The notes beneath the pieces were generated by a model. It saw only the letters and a list, made by a program, of their open reading frames with translations, did not search any database and was not told where the DNA came from. Below, in pieces: positions 51,547 through 64,000 of a stretch of 64,000 nucleotides of DNA. The stretch spans positions 22,692,001-22,756,000 of the forward strand of contig OX597830.1 of assembly GCA_951406725.2 (NCBI GenBank), given 5' to 3'. Source of the DNA: Octopus vulgaris. Its lineage: Eukaryota. The translations under genes and the position numbers were made by a program. Position 1 is the stretch's first letter, and each line of letters starts with the position of its first letter.

Positions 51547-51822
51547 TATGTGTTTAACGTAAATGATACCGAATGTTGGTCGACAGAGAAATGTGAGATA
51601 TTAAGAAATGATGTTATAATTAAATGCAATTCATTTATATTGAATATACACTGGAATGGTTGTTGCTGTTGTTGCTGCTGTTGTTGTTGTTGATTAACCC
51701 TAATCGGTTCCGACTGAGCCGACATATGACGAAAGGCGTTCTAAACGTTTATGTGTTAATTTCTTTTTAAGGCCTACTTAATCCAGAACCAATTTATTCT
51801 GATATATCCGTGTCCTTGACTT

Positions 51823-52258
<436 letters not shown>

Positions 52259-53399
52259 TTAAGATGGTGGGAGATTTAACTATTATTTCTAGCACATCGA
52301 GTGACCACGTTGACTGTTCTTCGGAAAGATGTGGTGTGGTGATTCAGTAGTGTAGTGGCATTGAAGTTCGAGGTGATGGAAAAGGTCTGTGTTAGAGGTG
52401 TAGTCAGGTTCTAAAGTCAGTGGCAGTGAGCTCACATAGACAAAAAAGAAGGCGCCATGGCACATAACCAAACAACTTTTAACCCATTCTTCTTCTATTA
52501 CTCGAAGTATTTCATTAGTTATAATATACCTAATTGTATTCTACATGCATTAATTTCATGCTTCACAAACAATGTTATTATGTATGAAACTTACCCCAAC
52601 TAAAGAGTTAAAAAATTATTGAAAGGGCGCCAGTTTTTAAAAATGTGCTCGAGGTGAGGAGCGATCACTCTTCTTGCTCGCCAATTAGCTACACCACTGA
52701 TCTGAGTGCTTGTATTATATCCTAGGCTTAGAAGAAGACTTCAATTCTTACAGAGGTTCTCAACTGTTCTTTTTCTTTTTTACGTATGGCCACTCCATTG
52801 ATTACTGTTTTATTCTGGTGGACTCCGATAGCCATTCGATGTTTAATAAGTAGTTTTAAAGATACTTCTTTCAGAATTCGTATTTTGTTTTTCACACATT
52901 CACTTGTGTAGGTTTTGCAATAACATTCGCTGAGAGGACAGGTTTCAGTGGCCGAAAACATGTTGAACTATGTAAAACGTTAGAGAAACAAGCCCGAGCT
53001 GTTTCTTGCAATGAATACTTTTAAAACAAACATTTTTCATGGACCCTTAAAATACTACTGAGAATCCCCAATTTTCTATTTTGCATTCATGGACCCCCCA
53101 CCAATCTTATGTGGACCCTAGGAGTCTAGGCTGAGAACCATTGAACTCATAGAAACTAACAAAATACTAATTTGTTCCATAGTGTTTTCGCTCTACCTTG
53201 AACTACATTGTCTAATATATCTTAAATACAAATGTAGTATTAGCAGGGTATGATTTGAGTAAGGCTTAGCTGCTATTTTTTGTCGATCAGGCGACCACGT
53301 AAAGACTTCAACGTAGGTTCGAACAACCGGAGATAGTTAAACGTTTTTGCTATGGATAAGGTTTGTGGTCATTGGCTGAGTACGAACTGCTTACCAGTA

Positions 53400-53995
53400 C
53401 TGCAGGAAGTCTGACATCCTAATCTAGACTAGGACACTCTCTTACCCAAACCAGGGCACACCGTCATTTCGACAAGGACAGCTTCTCATATAGGTCTTGA
53501 AATCCTGTCATCTAGATCCGGACACTCTGCTGTCTCAACTAGGAGACTCTGTTATCTCAGCCAAGACACCCTATCAAAACACATTAGCCTAACCCCCTTA
53601 TCATCTAGGTCAGGACACCCTGTCACATTGACCAAGATTCTCTGTTATCTTGATCGGGACTTCTTATAATTTTAGGTAAGAAACACTTTTGCATAGCTTA
53701 AGCCACCCCATCACTTAGGACAGGAAGTCCTGCAATTTAGGCCAAGCCTTTTTATTCCAATCAGGGTTACTTTGTCACTTAGGACAGGACAACTTGCCAT
53801 CTTGACCAGAACATTCTATCCTCTAGTCAGAACATCCCCCTCCCCTGTCACCTAAGCCAAGATACTTTGTCATCTCGATTAGAACGTCCTGTTATCTAGG
53901 TCAAAGGCATCTTCCTCTCATCAAGGCCAGTTCACCTTGTCAGCTGAATTAGGACACTCTCTTATCGACCAGGTGATTCTATCATCTAGGACAGC
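53400..53995. repeat. Old, diverged minisatellite, unit about 22 bp (consensus near ctaggtcaggacactctgtcat)
   Basis: Recurrent ctag..aggacac.ctgtcat motifs at roughly 22-bp spacing. Confidence 0.75.
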
Positions 53996-54299
53996 TGAGA
54001 CTGATAAGATGGAACGGGACTAACTTATGATATTGCTTTATTTTATTTACACAAGAGAGATTTTATCGGATTAGCTTCGTTTATCCTGTTTCATTTGGAA
54101 CACCACATGTTATTAACACGCGTTTCATTTACAAGAAAATCTCTAAGTTGTCTTTCGAAATATTAAAGTACAACCAAATTCCCTCAAATCGCACCCCGCT
54201 GCCTTAAAAAAGGAGAACGGCATATTTGACAATGTATGGTAGTCTCTCGCAGTCCTAGAAAGACGGTTCTGCAGTATCTTGTTGAACGACCTCCACAAA

Positions 54300-54535
54300 T
54301 GATTCGTTTATAGTGATCAAATGCTCATACTGTACATTAGTTCATTCTCTCCATCAAATCGCCGTTGCTTGAACAGGGGCACTGTGTGCCATGCGTCAGG
54401 TGTCGAAGTGATCGCAGAGCAACGTGAGATGAAGTGTTTTGCTTAAGGACACAACGCGTCACCCAGTCCAGGAATTGAAACTACGATCTCACGATCGTGA
54501 GTGCGTCACCCTAACCACTGGACCATACGCTCTCA
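54300..54535 (-). mobile_element. SINE with family C head and a third type of tail
   Basis: Reverse reads tggtccagtggttagggtg...ctcacgatcgtgag...ttgtgtccttaagcaaaacac. Confidence 0.7.
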
Positions 54536-56005
54536 CACATTTAATAATGTAGTCCTAAGCAAACCTAACGTGTATATGTACTCTTAAAATATTTCCCAAG
54601 CGAAATCATCCTGTTATGTAATATAGTAGAGTTAGACCTTTGGATTACAGGTATGATCCACCCAACAGACTTCCGATTAGTTTCTACCCCAAATTTGCAC
54701 TCAAGATTTGGGTCAGAGCTATAGGAAAGACACATGCCCAAGATACTACGCAGCGACATCGAACCCGCAACATGATTACGAAGCAAATTTCGTGGCCACT
54801 TAGCCATGCAAAATTGTATTAGCATTGGTAAGATCAAACTTAAATCCCAATGGGAAACAACATATTGATTTCAGAATTTGGCACAAAGTCAACAATTTCG
54901 CGGGAGGGGATAAGTTGATTACATTGACTCAAGTGTTCAACTGGTATTTATTTCATCGACCCCAAATAGATGAAAGGCAAAGCCGACCTCGGCGGTATTT
55001 GAACTTAGAACGTAAAGACGGACAAAATATTTGCTGACTATTTCCGAAAGGAAATAGCTTATTTGAATATAAAGGTAATTAGAGGGGACCGTCTAAATGA
55101 GTAACGTTTGCTCTTTTCTCTCTATTTTTCTTCTTCTCTTCTCATCTATCCTTTCCGCAGAAGAGCGTATGCTCAAACCGTTAAGACTTCTTCCACTTTT
55201 CCTGAGCGTCAGCCAAGTACATTGTTTGTTAGTATTTTAAAAAAAATCTAGACTTCGCGTTTTTTAAATTAAAATTTTGTACCATGTAAAATAAATAGTG
55301 CAGTAAGTCACAACACACATCATGCGGCGAACACGATTAATCAAGGCTTATATTGTATTGGAATAGGGTAACATTACTGAATGTTGCTTAGAATCTCCAA
55401 ACAAAGACGAGAGCGGTAACTCAAAATAATAATTTAAAAAGTTGCTTTAAATTAGATGACGTATTAGATTTCCAGTTAATTAAAATAAGCAATAGGCAAT
55501 GCATTGAGGGGAAAGAAAGAGTCGATGACAGACATATTATGGCTTATATACCGTAATAAGAATGATATCCATTGGACAGTTACAATCTGTATATGTCGAC
55601 AGCATAAAGACACGCTTTTGATAAACGACGCCACTCATTTAAACGCTATAAAACATGCTCCTGTACTTTTAGCTGTTTTCCTCACCAATACACTCTCCAC
55701 TACCGAGTCCCATTTCCGCGACAATCCTGCAATCTATCCACCTTTCCTAACCTAACTTTCAACTACAATTCAAATACAGCCATATTTGCTATCCTGTATC
55801 TCATTCAGTCCGGATGCAATGTCAATCACATGTGCAATAAATACGCTGACATACGTCTTTGTAGGATATCGCTGCACTTTATTAAAATGCAATATATAGA
55901 ATTCAGTAAATTGATATTGAAATATTCATTCCCAAATAGCAGAAAGATTAGGATTTGGCGCTTGTTAGGTTGGTTGTGAGAGTAGTCATGAAGGCTGTTG
56001 ATGTA

Positions 56006-56492
56006 GAGTGATCCCTCGCTACTTCGCGGTTCAACTATCGCAGATTCACGACTTCGCGGATTTTAAAAATATATATGTATGACCGCCTAAAACTTTTCAT
56101 TAAAACCATTAAAATATTAATAATAAATATTATTTCCTAGTCTAGGAACAACAAAACAAGCGTAAAATAGCAAAAGGCATATACAGGGGTATTTGAACTT
56201 AAGACGGGCTGTGATTGGAGAGAGACGGTGAATCACAGCTTTCTATTTTGTAATCTGGCCTGTCTAACAGTAACAATCTTTATTTTTAAAACCTAAAGTG
56301 TTATTGCTTAACAGTTGTCCTTGTTATTAATAGATTACTGTAATGGGTGGGGTGTTAACAGTACAGGTAGGGTTTTAAAAGTCCAAATGCACGTTAAATA
56401 AATACTGTAAATATGGTGTCTCTACTTCACGGAAATTCAGTTATCGCGGCCGGTCTCGGAACCAATCTACCGCGATAAACGACGGATCACTG
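56006..56492. mobile_element. Tigger/pogo-like MITE
   Basis: TA|gagtgatccctcgctacttcgcgg ... ccgcgataaacgacggatcactg|TA. Confidence 0.85.
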
Positions 56493-56509
56493 TAGAGCTC
56501 TACTCAAAC

Positions 56510-57220
56510 AGTCCTAAGGCTCCTAGATAATCGGCCAAACAGCTCAGTGCAAGCCACAGATTGCGATGAAGGTTGTTTTTATTTTGGTGTTGTATGTGGT
56601 TGTTGTTTTAGTTATTGTTGTTGTATAGTTCCAAGTCAATGAGTCTATGGCTCTCACGTTGTCTCAGATAGTTGGTCAGTCAAACGGCGAGTTTTGACCC
56701 ACAGATTCATATTCCCAACCGTAATGAAGATTGTGTTGGCTGGTGTTGTATGTGGCAGTTGTTTTTGTTGTTTCAGTATAGTCCCAGATCAACCGTGTTT
56801 AAATAGACCTATGCCCCCACTCCTAGGTATATTCGGCCAAACGGTGAGGTGCAATCCACAAATTCATTTTCCCAACTGTAATGAATATTGTGTTTGATGG
56901 TGTTGTATGTGGTTGTTGATATTATTGTTGCTGTTGTTGTTGTTGTTGCTACTGCTGCTGCAGTATGCCCCTCAAGTCAGCTCTGTTTAAGCCGACCCAT
57001 GCCCCAAATCCCAAGTACTCGGCCAAACGGCGACGGGCGACCCTCAGATTTATCTTCCCCCCTGTAATGAATATTATATTTGATGGTGTTGTATGTGGTT
57101 GTTGTTATTATTGTTGTTGTTGTTTGTGTTGTTGTTGTTTGTGTTGTTGTTGTTGCTGTTGCAGTAAAGCCCCAGGTCAGCCCTGTTCAAGCAGACCTAC
57201 GCCTCCACTCCCAGGTGAGG
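56510..57220 (+). repeat. Four diverged tandem units of about 150-200 bp
   Basis: cggccaaac..cacagatt..ggtgttgtatgtggttg recurs near 56532, 56680, 56834 and 57020. Confidence 0.8.
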
Positions 57221-57819
57221 TTCAATCCAAACATCCACCATCCAAAGATCAAACTCTAATAAAGTCATAAATCGTATGAGTTGCAGTGTGACGACGTGGA
57301 CTTATTACTCTCTTTACGACTGACCGCTCTGGCGATGTGGACTGACCTCTGTTTTCGACTGACCTCTCTTCTTATTCTAAATCGTTGTCTAAGTGGATGA
57401 AAAGATCATGGTCTTGCTGGATGGTACATGTTTTTCGTTTTGTATTCTTGCGTTCGCTATATGATTTTTAGTGATGTTGCTGTGTGACACGGGTCATTGC
57501 ATGTTCGTCGTTGTGGTTGTTATTGTTGTTGTTGTTGTTGAAGGTCATGATGATGATAATGATGATGGTGGTGATCGGAGTTATGTCGAAGATGACAACG
57601 ATGATGGCAAGAAAAAAAAGAAGCAGGAGAAAAAGGAGACGGACGATAACGATGATGATGATGATGATGATGGTGATGATGACGATGGGGTTGATGATGA
57701 TGGTGATGGTAGTGGTGACGGTGATAGTGATGGTGGTAGTGGTGGCGCTGCTGTTGATGGTTGTTGTTGTTGTTATTGTAGTTAAGCAACAAGACTGACA
57801 AGGGTGATTAGGTGATGGT

Positions 57820-57981
57820 CTAGGGCTTAGGGGCGGGAGACCACAGACCTTGGAAAAAAAACAACTTTGGTCGTCTTGTAGTCGAGGGCTCTCCGTTGAC
57901 GCCCGACACCACTGGGAGGGGGCCCTCGAAGTCGCTGGAAACGGAGATCTCCAGGTCCAAATTCTCGAACGGCTGCTGTTG
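57820..57981 (-). other. Possible host coding exon (unverified)
   Basis: GC/CpG-rich island; minus frame QQQPFENLDLEISVSSDFEGPLPVVSGVNGEPSTTRRPKLFFFQG has mostly G/C third positions; possible donor after 57849 or stop at 57820. Confidence 0.3.
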
Positions 57982-58634
57982 CTGGTGGTGGTGATGATGA
58001 CGACGACGACGTCGATGATGATGAGGAAGATGCTACTACTGTTGCTGCTGTTGCTGCTGTTGCTGCTGCTGATGGTGATGATGATAATTAATCTATACAG
58101 TGTTTTACTGTCAGTTTTGTGGTTTCTGTCGGTGCCATTTCTCCCTTTTTTATCTTCTTTTTACTTTCTTTGTTTATTGTCTCACACCGAATTTTTTCAT
58201 CTTCTCTGATGTGGTTTATGGTGTTTGAGGTTGACCCTGGTTTTAAATGAAATTTGCTATTTTTAATATGTAACTGGGGTTGTATGTTTATTTTTATTTT
58301 GCATTATGGGATATCTTTTTATTTATACTTCTATTTTTTATTATTTTATTGTTGCATATATGTGGTGCGGAATTTATATTGGTGGTTGTGGGGTTGTTGA
58401 ATTCTGAAAGCCCCCATACAGTTTCTTGGTGGTGGAGATATTTTAGGTGATGGTGTCGTTCCTTGATGGTAAGATAGGCTTGAAAAAAAAAGTTCTCCAT
58501 CTGGTGAGGAATCTGAGGATTGCGTGTTGGCACCAGATGCGTTATAAAACGCTGTCTGGGTTGTTTTTATCGCATGAAACTATTAGTAGCTGATAAAAAT
58601 ATATATGCTGTGTTTATTAAATAATGCGTGTATG

Positions 58635-58709
<75 letters not shown>

Positions 58710-58745
58710 ATGTGTGTGGGTGTGTGTGTGTATGTATGTATGTAT

Positions 58746-59061
58746 ATAATACAAGATGAGAAAATGGAGAAATTGATCGAAATCAAATATCAATTACCAG
58801 ATAATACTCAATCACATACTTTATTAAACCACCACAGAAGAAACTATAAGGTTAAACATAATGATGTAGAACAAAACAGTGTACATAAAGGAGTGTACAT
58901 AAAAGAGTAATGTTATACAATAAGAACACTGTTTTGTTCTACATCATTATGTTTAACCTTATAGTTTCTTATGTGGTGGTTTAATAAAGTATGTGATTGA
59001 GTATTATCTGGTAATCGATATTTGATTCGATGTATTTCTCCATTTTCTTATTTTGTATTAT
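58746..59061. repeat. Foldback with arms of about 135 bp (58746-58882 and 58926-59061)
   Basis: Near-perfect inverted repeat with a 43-bp spacer. Confidence 0.9.
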
Positions 59062-59249
59062 GAATTTGTGGTAAATCACTTTACCTTTGCCCATATAATA
59101 CAGTAAATAAAATAATCGCATCGCAATTCTTAACATTTATGTATTAACTTTGTTGGGTACTTCACTGGCAGTATATTGGATATATGTTATCCCATGGAGG
59201 GTTGCATTTACAACCCCTATCTCAATATGTATGTATATATATATTCTTT

Positions 59250-59467
59250 TATTCTTTTATTTGTTTCAGTCATTTGACTGCGGCCATGCTGGAGCATCGC
59301 CATAAAGGGTTTTACTCGAGGAAATATCGACCTCCCCAGGACTTATTCTTTGTAAGCCTAGTATTTATTCTATCGGTCTCTTTTGCCGAACCGCTAAGTT
59401 ACGGGAACGTAAACACACACCAGCACAGGTTGTCAAGCGGTGGTGGGGTGACAAACACAGACACTAA

Positions 59468-59522
<55 letters not shown>

Positions 59523-59697
59523 TCACATATACATACGACGGGCTTCTTTCAGTTTCTGTTTACCAAATCCACTCACAAGGATTTGGTCGGCCCGGGGCTA
59601 TAGTGGAAGACACATGCTCAAGGTGCCATACTGTGGGACTGAACCCAGAACCATGTGGTTGGGAAGCAAGCTTCTTACCACACAGCCAGGCTGGCGC
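59250..59697 (-). mobile_element. SINE family A, full length
   Basis: All modules present. Confidence 0.9.
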
Positions 59698-60149
59698 ATG
59701 TATTTATATGTTTGTACACACACACACACACATACACACACACACACACACGCACACGCACGCACACATAAAGTATATAAATTTAATATGGGTTTTCATC
59801 ATTAAATTTTCGTTGGCACTGCACGCTATTAGACAGGCTGTGTATGATGACGTGAACCAGCGCACAAATATTTATTTGAGGTTTTCATATATTTTTTATT
59901 AACCCTCATCGTTTGTATTTACGTGTGTTCATGTATCTGACTTAATGCAACCTCATTCATGAGATAACGAACATAATAGGAATCTTATGCAATACAACAA
60001 GCTAGATAATATTATAAAGAGTATTATGAAAGTAAGAACTTGATTACTGAAGGTGAAATAAGTAGAATGAATTCAAACTACAGTATGTAAATGATATGTG
60101 CAAGATTCGTAACTGAAAGTCGGTACCATTTGTCGAACACAATACAAGT

Positions 60150-60850
60150 ATATATATTTCTTTATCGCCTACAAGGGGTTGAACAAATAAGCGACAAACA
60201 AGGACAGACAAAGGGATTAAGTCGATTACATCGACCCCAGTGCGTAACTGGTACTTATTTAATCGATCCCCCAAAGGATGAAAGGCAAAGTCGACCTCGG
60301 CGGAATTTGAACTCAGAACGTAACGGTAGACGAAATACCTATTTCTTTACTACCCACAAGGGGCTAAACACAGAGGAGACAAACAAGGACAGACAGACAG
60401 ACGGATTAAGTCGATTACATCGACCCCAATGTGTAACTGGTACTTAATTTATCGACCCCGAAAGGATGAAATGCAAAGTCGATGTATATCTTTATCTATA
60501 ACTTTCTTCTCTTTCATACACACTCGGCGGAGTTTGAACTCAGAACGTAACGGCAGACGAAATGCGGCTACGCATTTCGCCCAGCGTGCTATAACGGTTC
60601 TGCCAGCTCACCGCCTTTCAATACAAGTGTATTCTTTTCTACTCTAGGTACAAGGCCCGAAATTTTTGGGGAGTTGAGGCTGTCGATTAGATCGACTCCA
60701 GTACGCAACTGGTACTTAATTTATTGTTACTCAAAAGGATGAAAGGCAAAGTCGACCTCGGCGGAATTTGAATTCAGAACGGAAAAGCAGACGAAATACT
60801 GCTAAGCATTTTGCCCGGCATGCTAAAGATTCTGGCACCTCGCCGCCTTA
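60150..60850 (-). mobile_element. Cluster of three or more nested/tandem family B SINEs
   Basis: Repeated aaggatgaaaggcaaagtcgacctcggcggaatttga modules. Confidence 0.88.
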
Positions 60851-60899
60851 CAATGCAAGTATATTAAGTAAGAAAATGTTGGGAAGAGCGAGAGACCAG

Positions 60900-61860
60900 C
60901 ACACTGAGCAAAGCGACATAGTTTCGTGAGGACTGCTGAGTGGCTCTGAGGTTGAATCCGCCAATTTTTTATAGCCATTAGAAAGAAGGAATATTTATGC
61001 CCACTTCAACGAGAACATTCTGTTAGAACAAACAATACCGCGGTGGTTATTGGCTTTTGGTGCATTATGCACTCCTTTTTATATCGCTAACAGGGAGATA
61101 AATCCCCTGCTACCTCCAGCGTCGGGACCACCATAGCACGTGATTTCGACCTTCCTTGGTCTTGCCAATGTTGGACGCTCGACCGCTAGAGATAGCAGCG
61201 ATTCATCTTCCCGCCTGTGATATATAGAATGACAGTGCCAAAACAGGCGTTCGTGTCGCGATTAGCCAGTGAACTTGAGTTTCCTGGAGCTTTCGATGAA
61301 GCTATTTTGACGGAAAAACTTGCACACTTCCTCTGAAGTTCACCGTATCGAATATAATAAACCAGCCAATGCGGGCTGGTCGAGTCAAATTCACATAGGC
61401 GGTAATGCCTTTTATGGCGATACTTTGCTGTTGCTTGAAAAATTTGAGAGCCACGGTTCGATACTCATCAGGAGCGTCGCTACTCCACATGAGAATAATC
61501 AATTCAACTGATAAATGTTATCCATTTCTACATCCCTTTACTCATTAATGGCTTATGTCACCAAGCACCATCCTCAAGGGCCTTTATTCGACAATATAAA
61601 ACCTACAAGGATGGGATGTGATTGTGCGTGGTCTGGAAGCAAGGTCACTTGCTCAGCGATCTCAGGTCACTTGATATAGATGTGATAGTCATTAGTAAGA
61701 CTAAGATCTCGCCCATTTACGATTTCGCACACACTCTCGCCCATTTACGATGACTATGAGATGTTCCTATCACGTGGTCTATCAGGATTAGGTGAAGGGG
61801 ATGACAGTTCTATTTCGGAAATCCTTCGATCTCAAAGTGGGGCAATCTTTGGTATCGTGG
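60900..61860 (+). pseudogene. Decayed Tx1/L1-like LINE 5' region (probable ORF1 remnant plus start of APE)
   Basis: 61610-61860 is homologous to 16030-16315 (KQGHLLSDLRSLDIDVIVISKTK); the upstream assignment is inferred from position. Confidence 0.45.
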
Positions 61861-62129
61861 CATGACTCAAGTAGTTTTTTTATTTTTAATATAAACTTTA
61901 CAACACAACGCCACTTTACAGCACCGGTTTCTGTCTTTTTCTCTCATGCACACACTTGTGATTGTTTGTGCGTGCGTATGTGTGTGTGTGAATGTGTATG
62001 TGTATGTGAGTGAATCACTGAGTGAGTGCGTGCGTATGCGTGTGCGCGCGTGCGTGTGAGTGAGTCAGTGAATGAGTGTGTGTGTGTGTGTGTGTGTGTG
62101 CGCGTGTGTATGAATAGATATAGGTCTTT

Positions 62130-62512
62130 TTTTTATATCTTTTACCTGTTTCAGTCATTGAATTTCCACCATTCCGGGGCTCAGTCTTGAAGGAATCCAT
62201 TCCAGAACTTATTTTTTACAGTCTGGCTCTTATACTATCGGTGTATTTCGCCGAACTGTATACAAATAAACACCTTTTGTTAAGCAGTGGGGGCCAAGGA
62301 CAGATACAAAGGCACACTCACACACACAAGCACGTACGCACACACACGACTATGATAGGATTCCACACAGTTTCCGGCAACCAAATTTACTCATAAGATA
62401 TTGATCATCCTGGTCTATAGTAGAAGATACCCAAAATGCTGCGCACTAGGACTGAGTCAAGACCACGTGGTTGCAAGGCAAGCTTCTTAAACCACGTACA
62501 CATGCCTGCGCC
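62130..62512 (-). mobile_element. SINE family A, decayed
   Basis: Tail, body and head remnants. Confidence 0.7.
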
Positions 62513-62656
62513 TTTGTGTGAGCGTGTATGTGTGTGTGTGTATGCATGGCTGCGCCTATGCGTGTGTGTGTCTGTGTGTATGAAAGAGAAAGAGAGAGAG
62601 AAGAATGTTATAGATAAAGATATACATATACATCATACATATCCATGCATACATAC

Positions 62657-62905
62657 TTTGAGGCCGCGACTTGTTCACTGACAAAATTTCGTGCAGCACG
62701 AAATTTTGTCAGGGTACAAGTCGCAGCACGGAATTGTTTCAAAGCGACAAAAAAATTTTGGCATATTAAATTTAAATGTTCAAGTGAATTTAACGGTTTT
62801 TGTGTGTTTTAAAAGGCTTATAAACACCTTCTACACTGCAATTGTTTTTGTCTCAGCACACGATCTCAGATCAGGTAACTTGCTATGCAAGTACATCTCC
62901 GTAAT
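62657..62905. mobile_element. Second copy of the 24017 foldback family
   Basis: Shares taaatttaaatgtt..aacggtttttgtgtgtt..cagcacacgatctcagatca..gctatgcaagtacatctc; minus strand retains UUUUGUCA GUGAACA A GUCGC. Confidence 0.85.
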
Positions 62906-62975
62906 ATATATATATACACACAGATGTATATACATATGTATACATATATATATATAGACATATATATACGTATGA

Positions 62976-63036
<61 letters not shown>

Positions 63037-64000
63037 TACGTATGTCTATGTATATACGTGTCTACATTTTCACACCGAAGTTTCTGTCTGGAATTTCACT
63101 CACAAGACAATAGTGAACTCGGTTATAAGAGACCTGTCCAAAGTGTCACGCAATCGGATGGAATTTTGAACCACGCTTTTGTTTAGCAAATTCCTTAACC
63201 ATACGTCAATTCCTGCACTTATAAGAGAAATCGAAAATGAATATCGTACAGTGATAGCTAGCTTAATAATTGATGCAGTATTTCAGTTATCTTCGTAACG
63301 AATTTTCCTTCGGGAAATTTCTTGTATGTTAATCGGTTTTTCTATTGTTTTCTCTCTTGTATTTAACCACAAATAGTTACTCCTGGCATAATATCAGCTG
63401 CTTATATTTCAGCAAGTGTACATAAACGAATGTATGTATACAAATACAAATGCCTTCATATTATTATTATACGAGGACAGCGTGTGGGCAGAAATAAATG
63501 TATGTATGACGTTCTTTTTTTTAGCCACAGATCAGCCATGATAAAGTATATCTAAGATCAAAGTTGATCCAGCTGCTGGCCATCTCGTCTTTCATTCAGG
63601 CAAACTTTATTTACCTTCGACTGCATTATATAATGTAATTTTCCTTTTTAAAGATAATAAAATGTGAATTGACAGAGATTTTGGTTGCTATATCTAGCAG
63701 TTCGAAATCCCCTCTTGGCTCGTTTGGACTCAAGAATTGGTAGGGTTAGGTTTTTGATAGATTTTGTGCACTTCGTTATTTAACCCTCGGTCAGCTCTGA
63801 TTGAGCGAACTGACAATCAAAACTGATTTCACTGAGATCTACTCGTCTGTTCAGTTGTATTCTTTCTAAAACAGTATTTCCCAACCTAAGGTGGCAGGAC
63901 TCTCTGTATGCGTTTCAATTCCACTCAGAAGATGTGTATTGAAATTAAACTTCATCTGCCTATGAGTGAATTCCACTACGAAAGATTAAAGTAGATTGAG

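Noticed and set aside
52926-52968. ctgagagg..ggccGAAAacatgtt hammerhead-like string
   Set aside because: The core is one base short and there is no unpaired cleavage nucleotide; at most a decayed relic.

Overview
Eukaryotic, AT-rich, microsatellite-saturated non-coding DNA. The repeat content is typical of an Octopus (coleoid cephalopod) genome; this is inferred from the tRNA-headed SINE families and (TA)/(CA)/(TATG)/(TTA) density and was not checked against a database. No complete host gene is visible, and almost all listed ORFs are microsatellite artefacts. Recognisable content: dozens of SINE copies (at least three families); decayed LINEs (CR1-type RT, three R4/Dong-type RLE fragments, RTE 3' ends including two with triple C2H2 fingers inside (TATG)n, Tx1-like APE fragments); four mariner relics; Tigger-, Tc2- and hAT-like MITEs; Helitron-type non-autonomous elements; and several foldback remnants resembling Penelope-like element (PLE) ends. 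The most notable signal is a set of hammerhead ribozyme motifs from unrelated sequence families. These are a full-length type I motif (49594-49652), minimal PLE-type motifs (35256, 36499, 41745), and a family whose core reads GUGAACA, a compensatory G3:C8 swap of the canonical C3:G8 pair (24095, 62657). Two weak candidate host exons lie at about 32.8-33.1 kb (+) and 57.8-58.0 kb (-). All structures and translations were done by eye; boundaries of decayed repeats are approximate.
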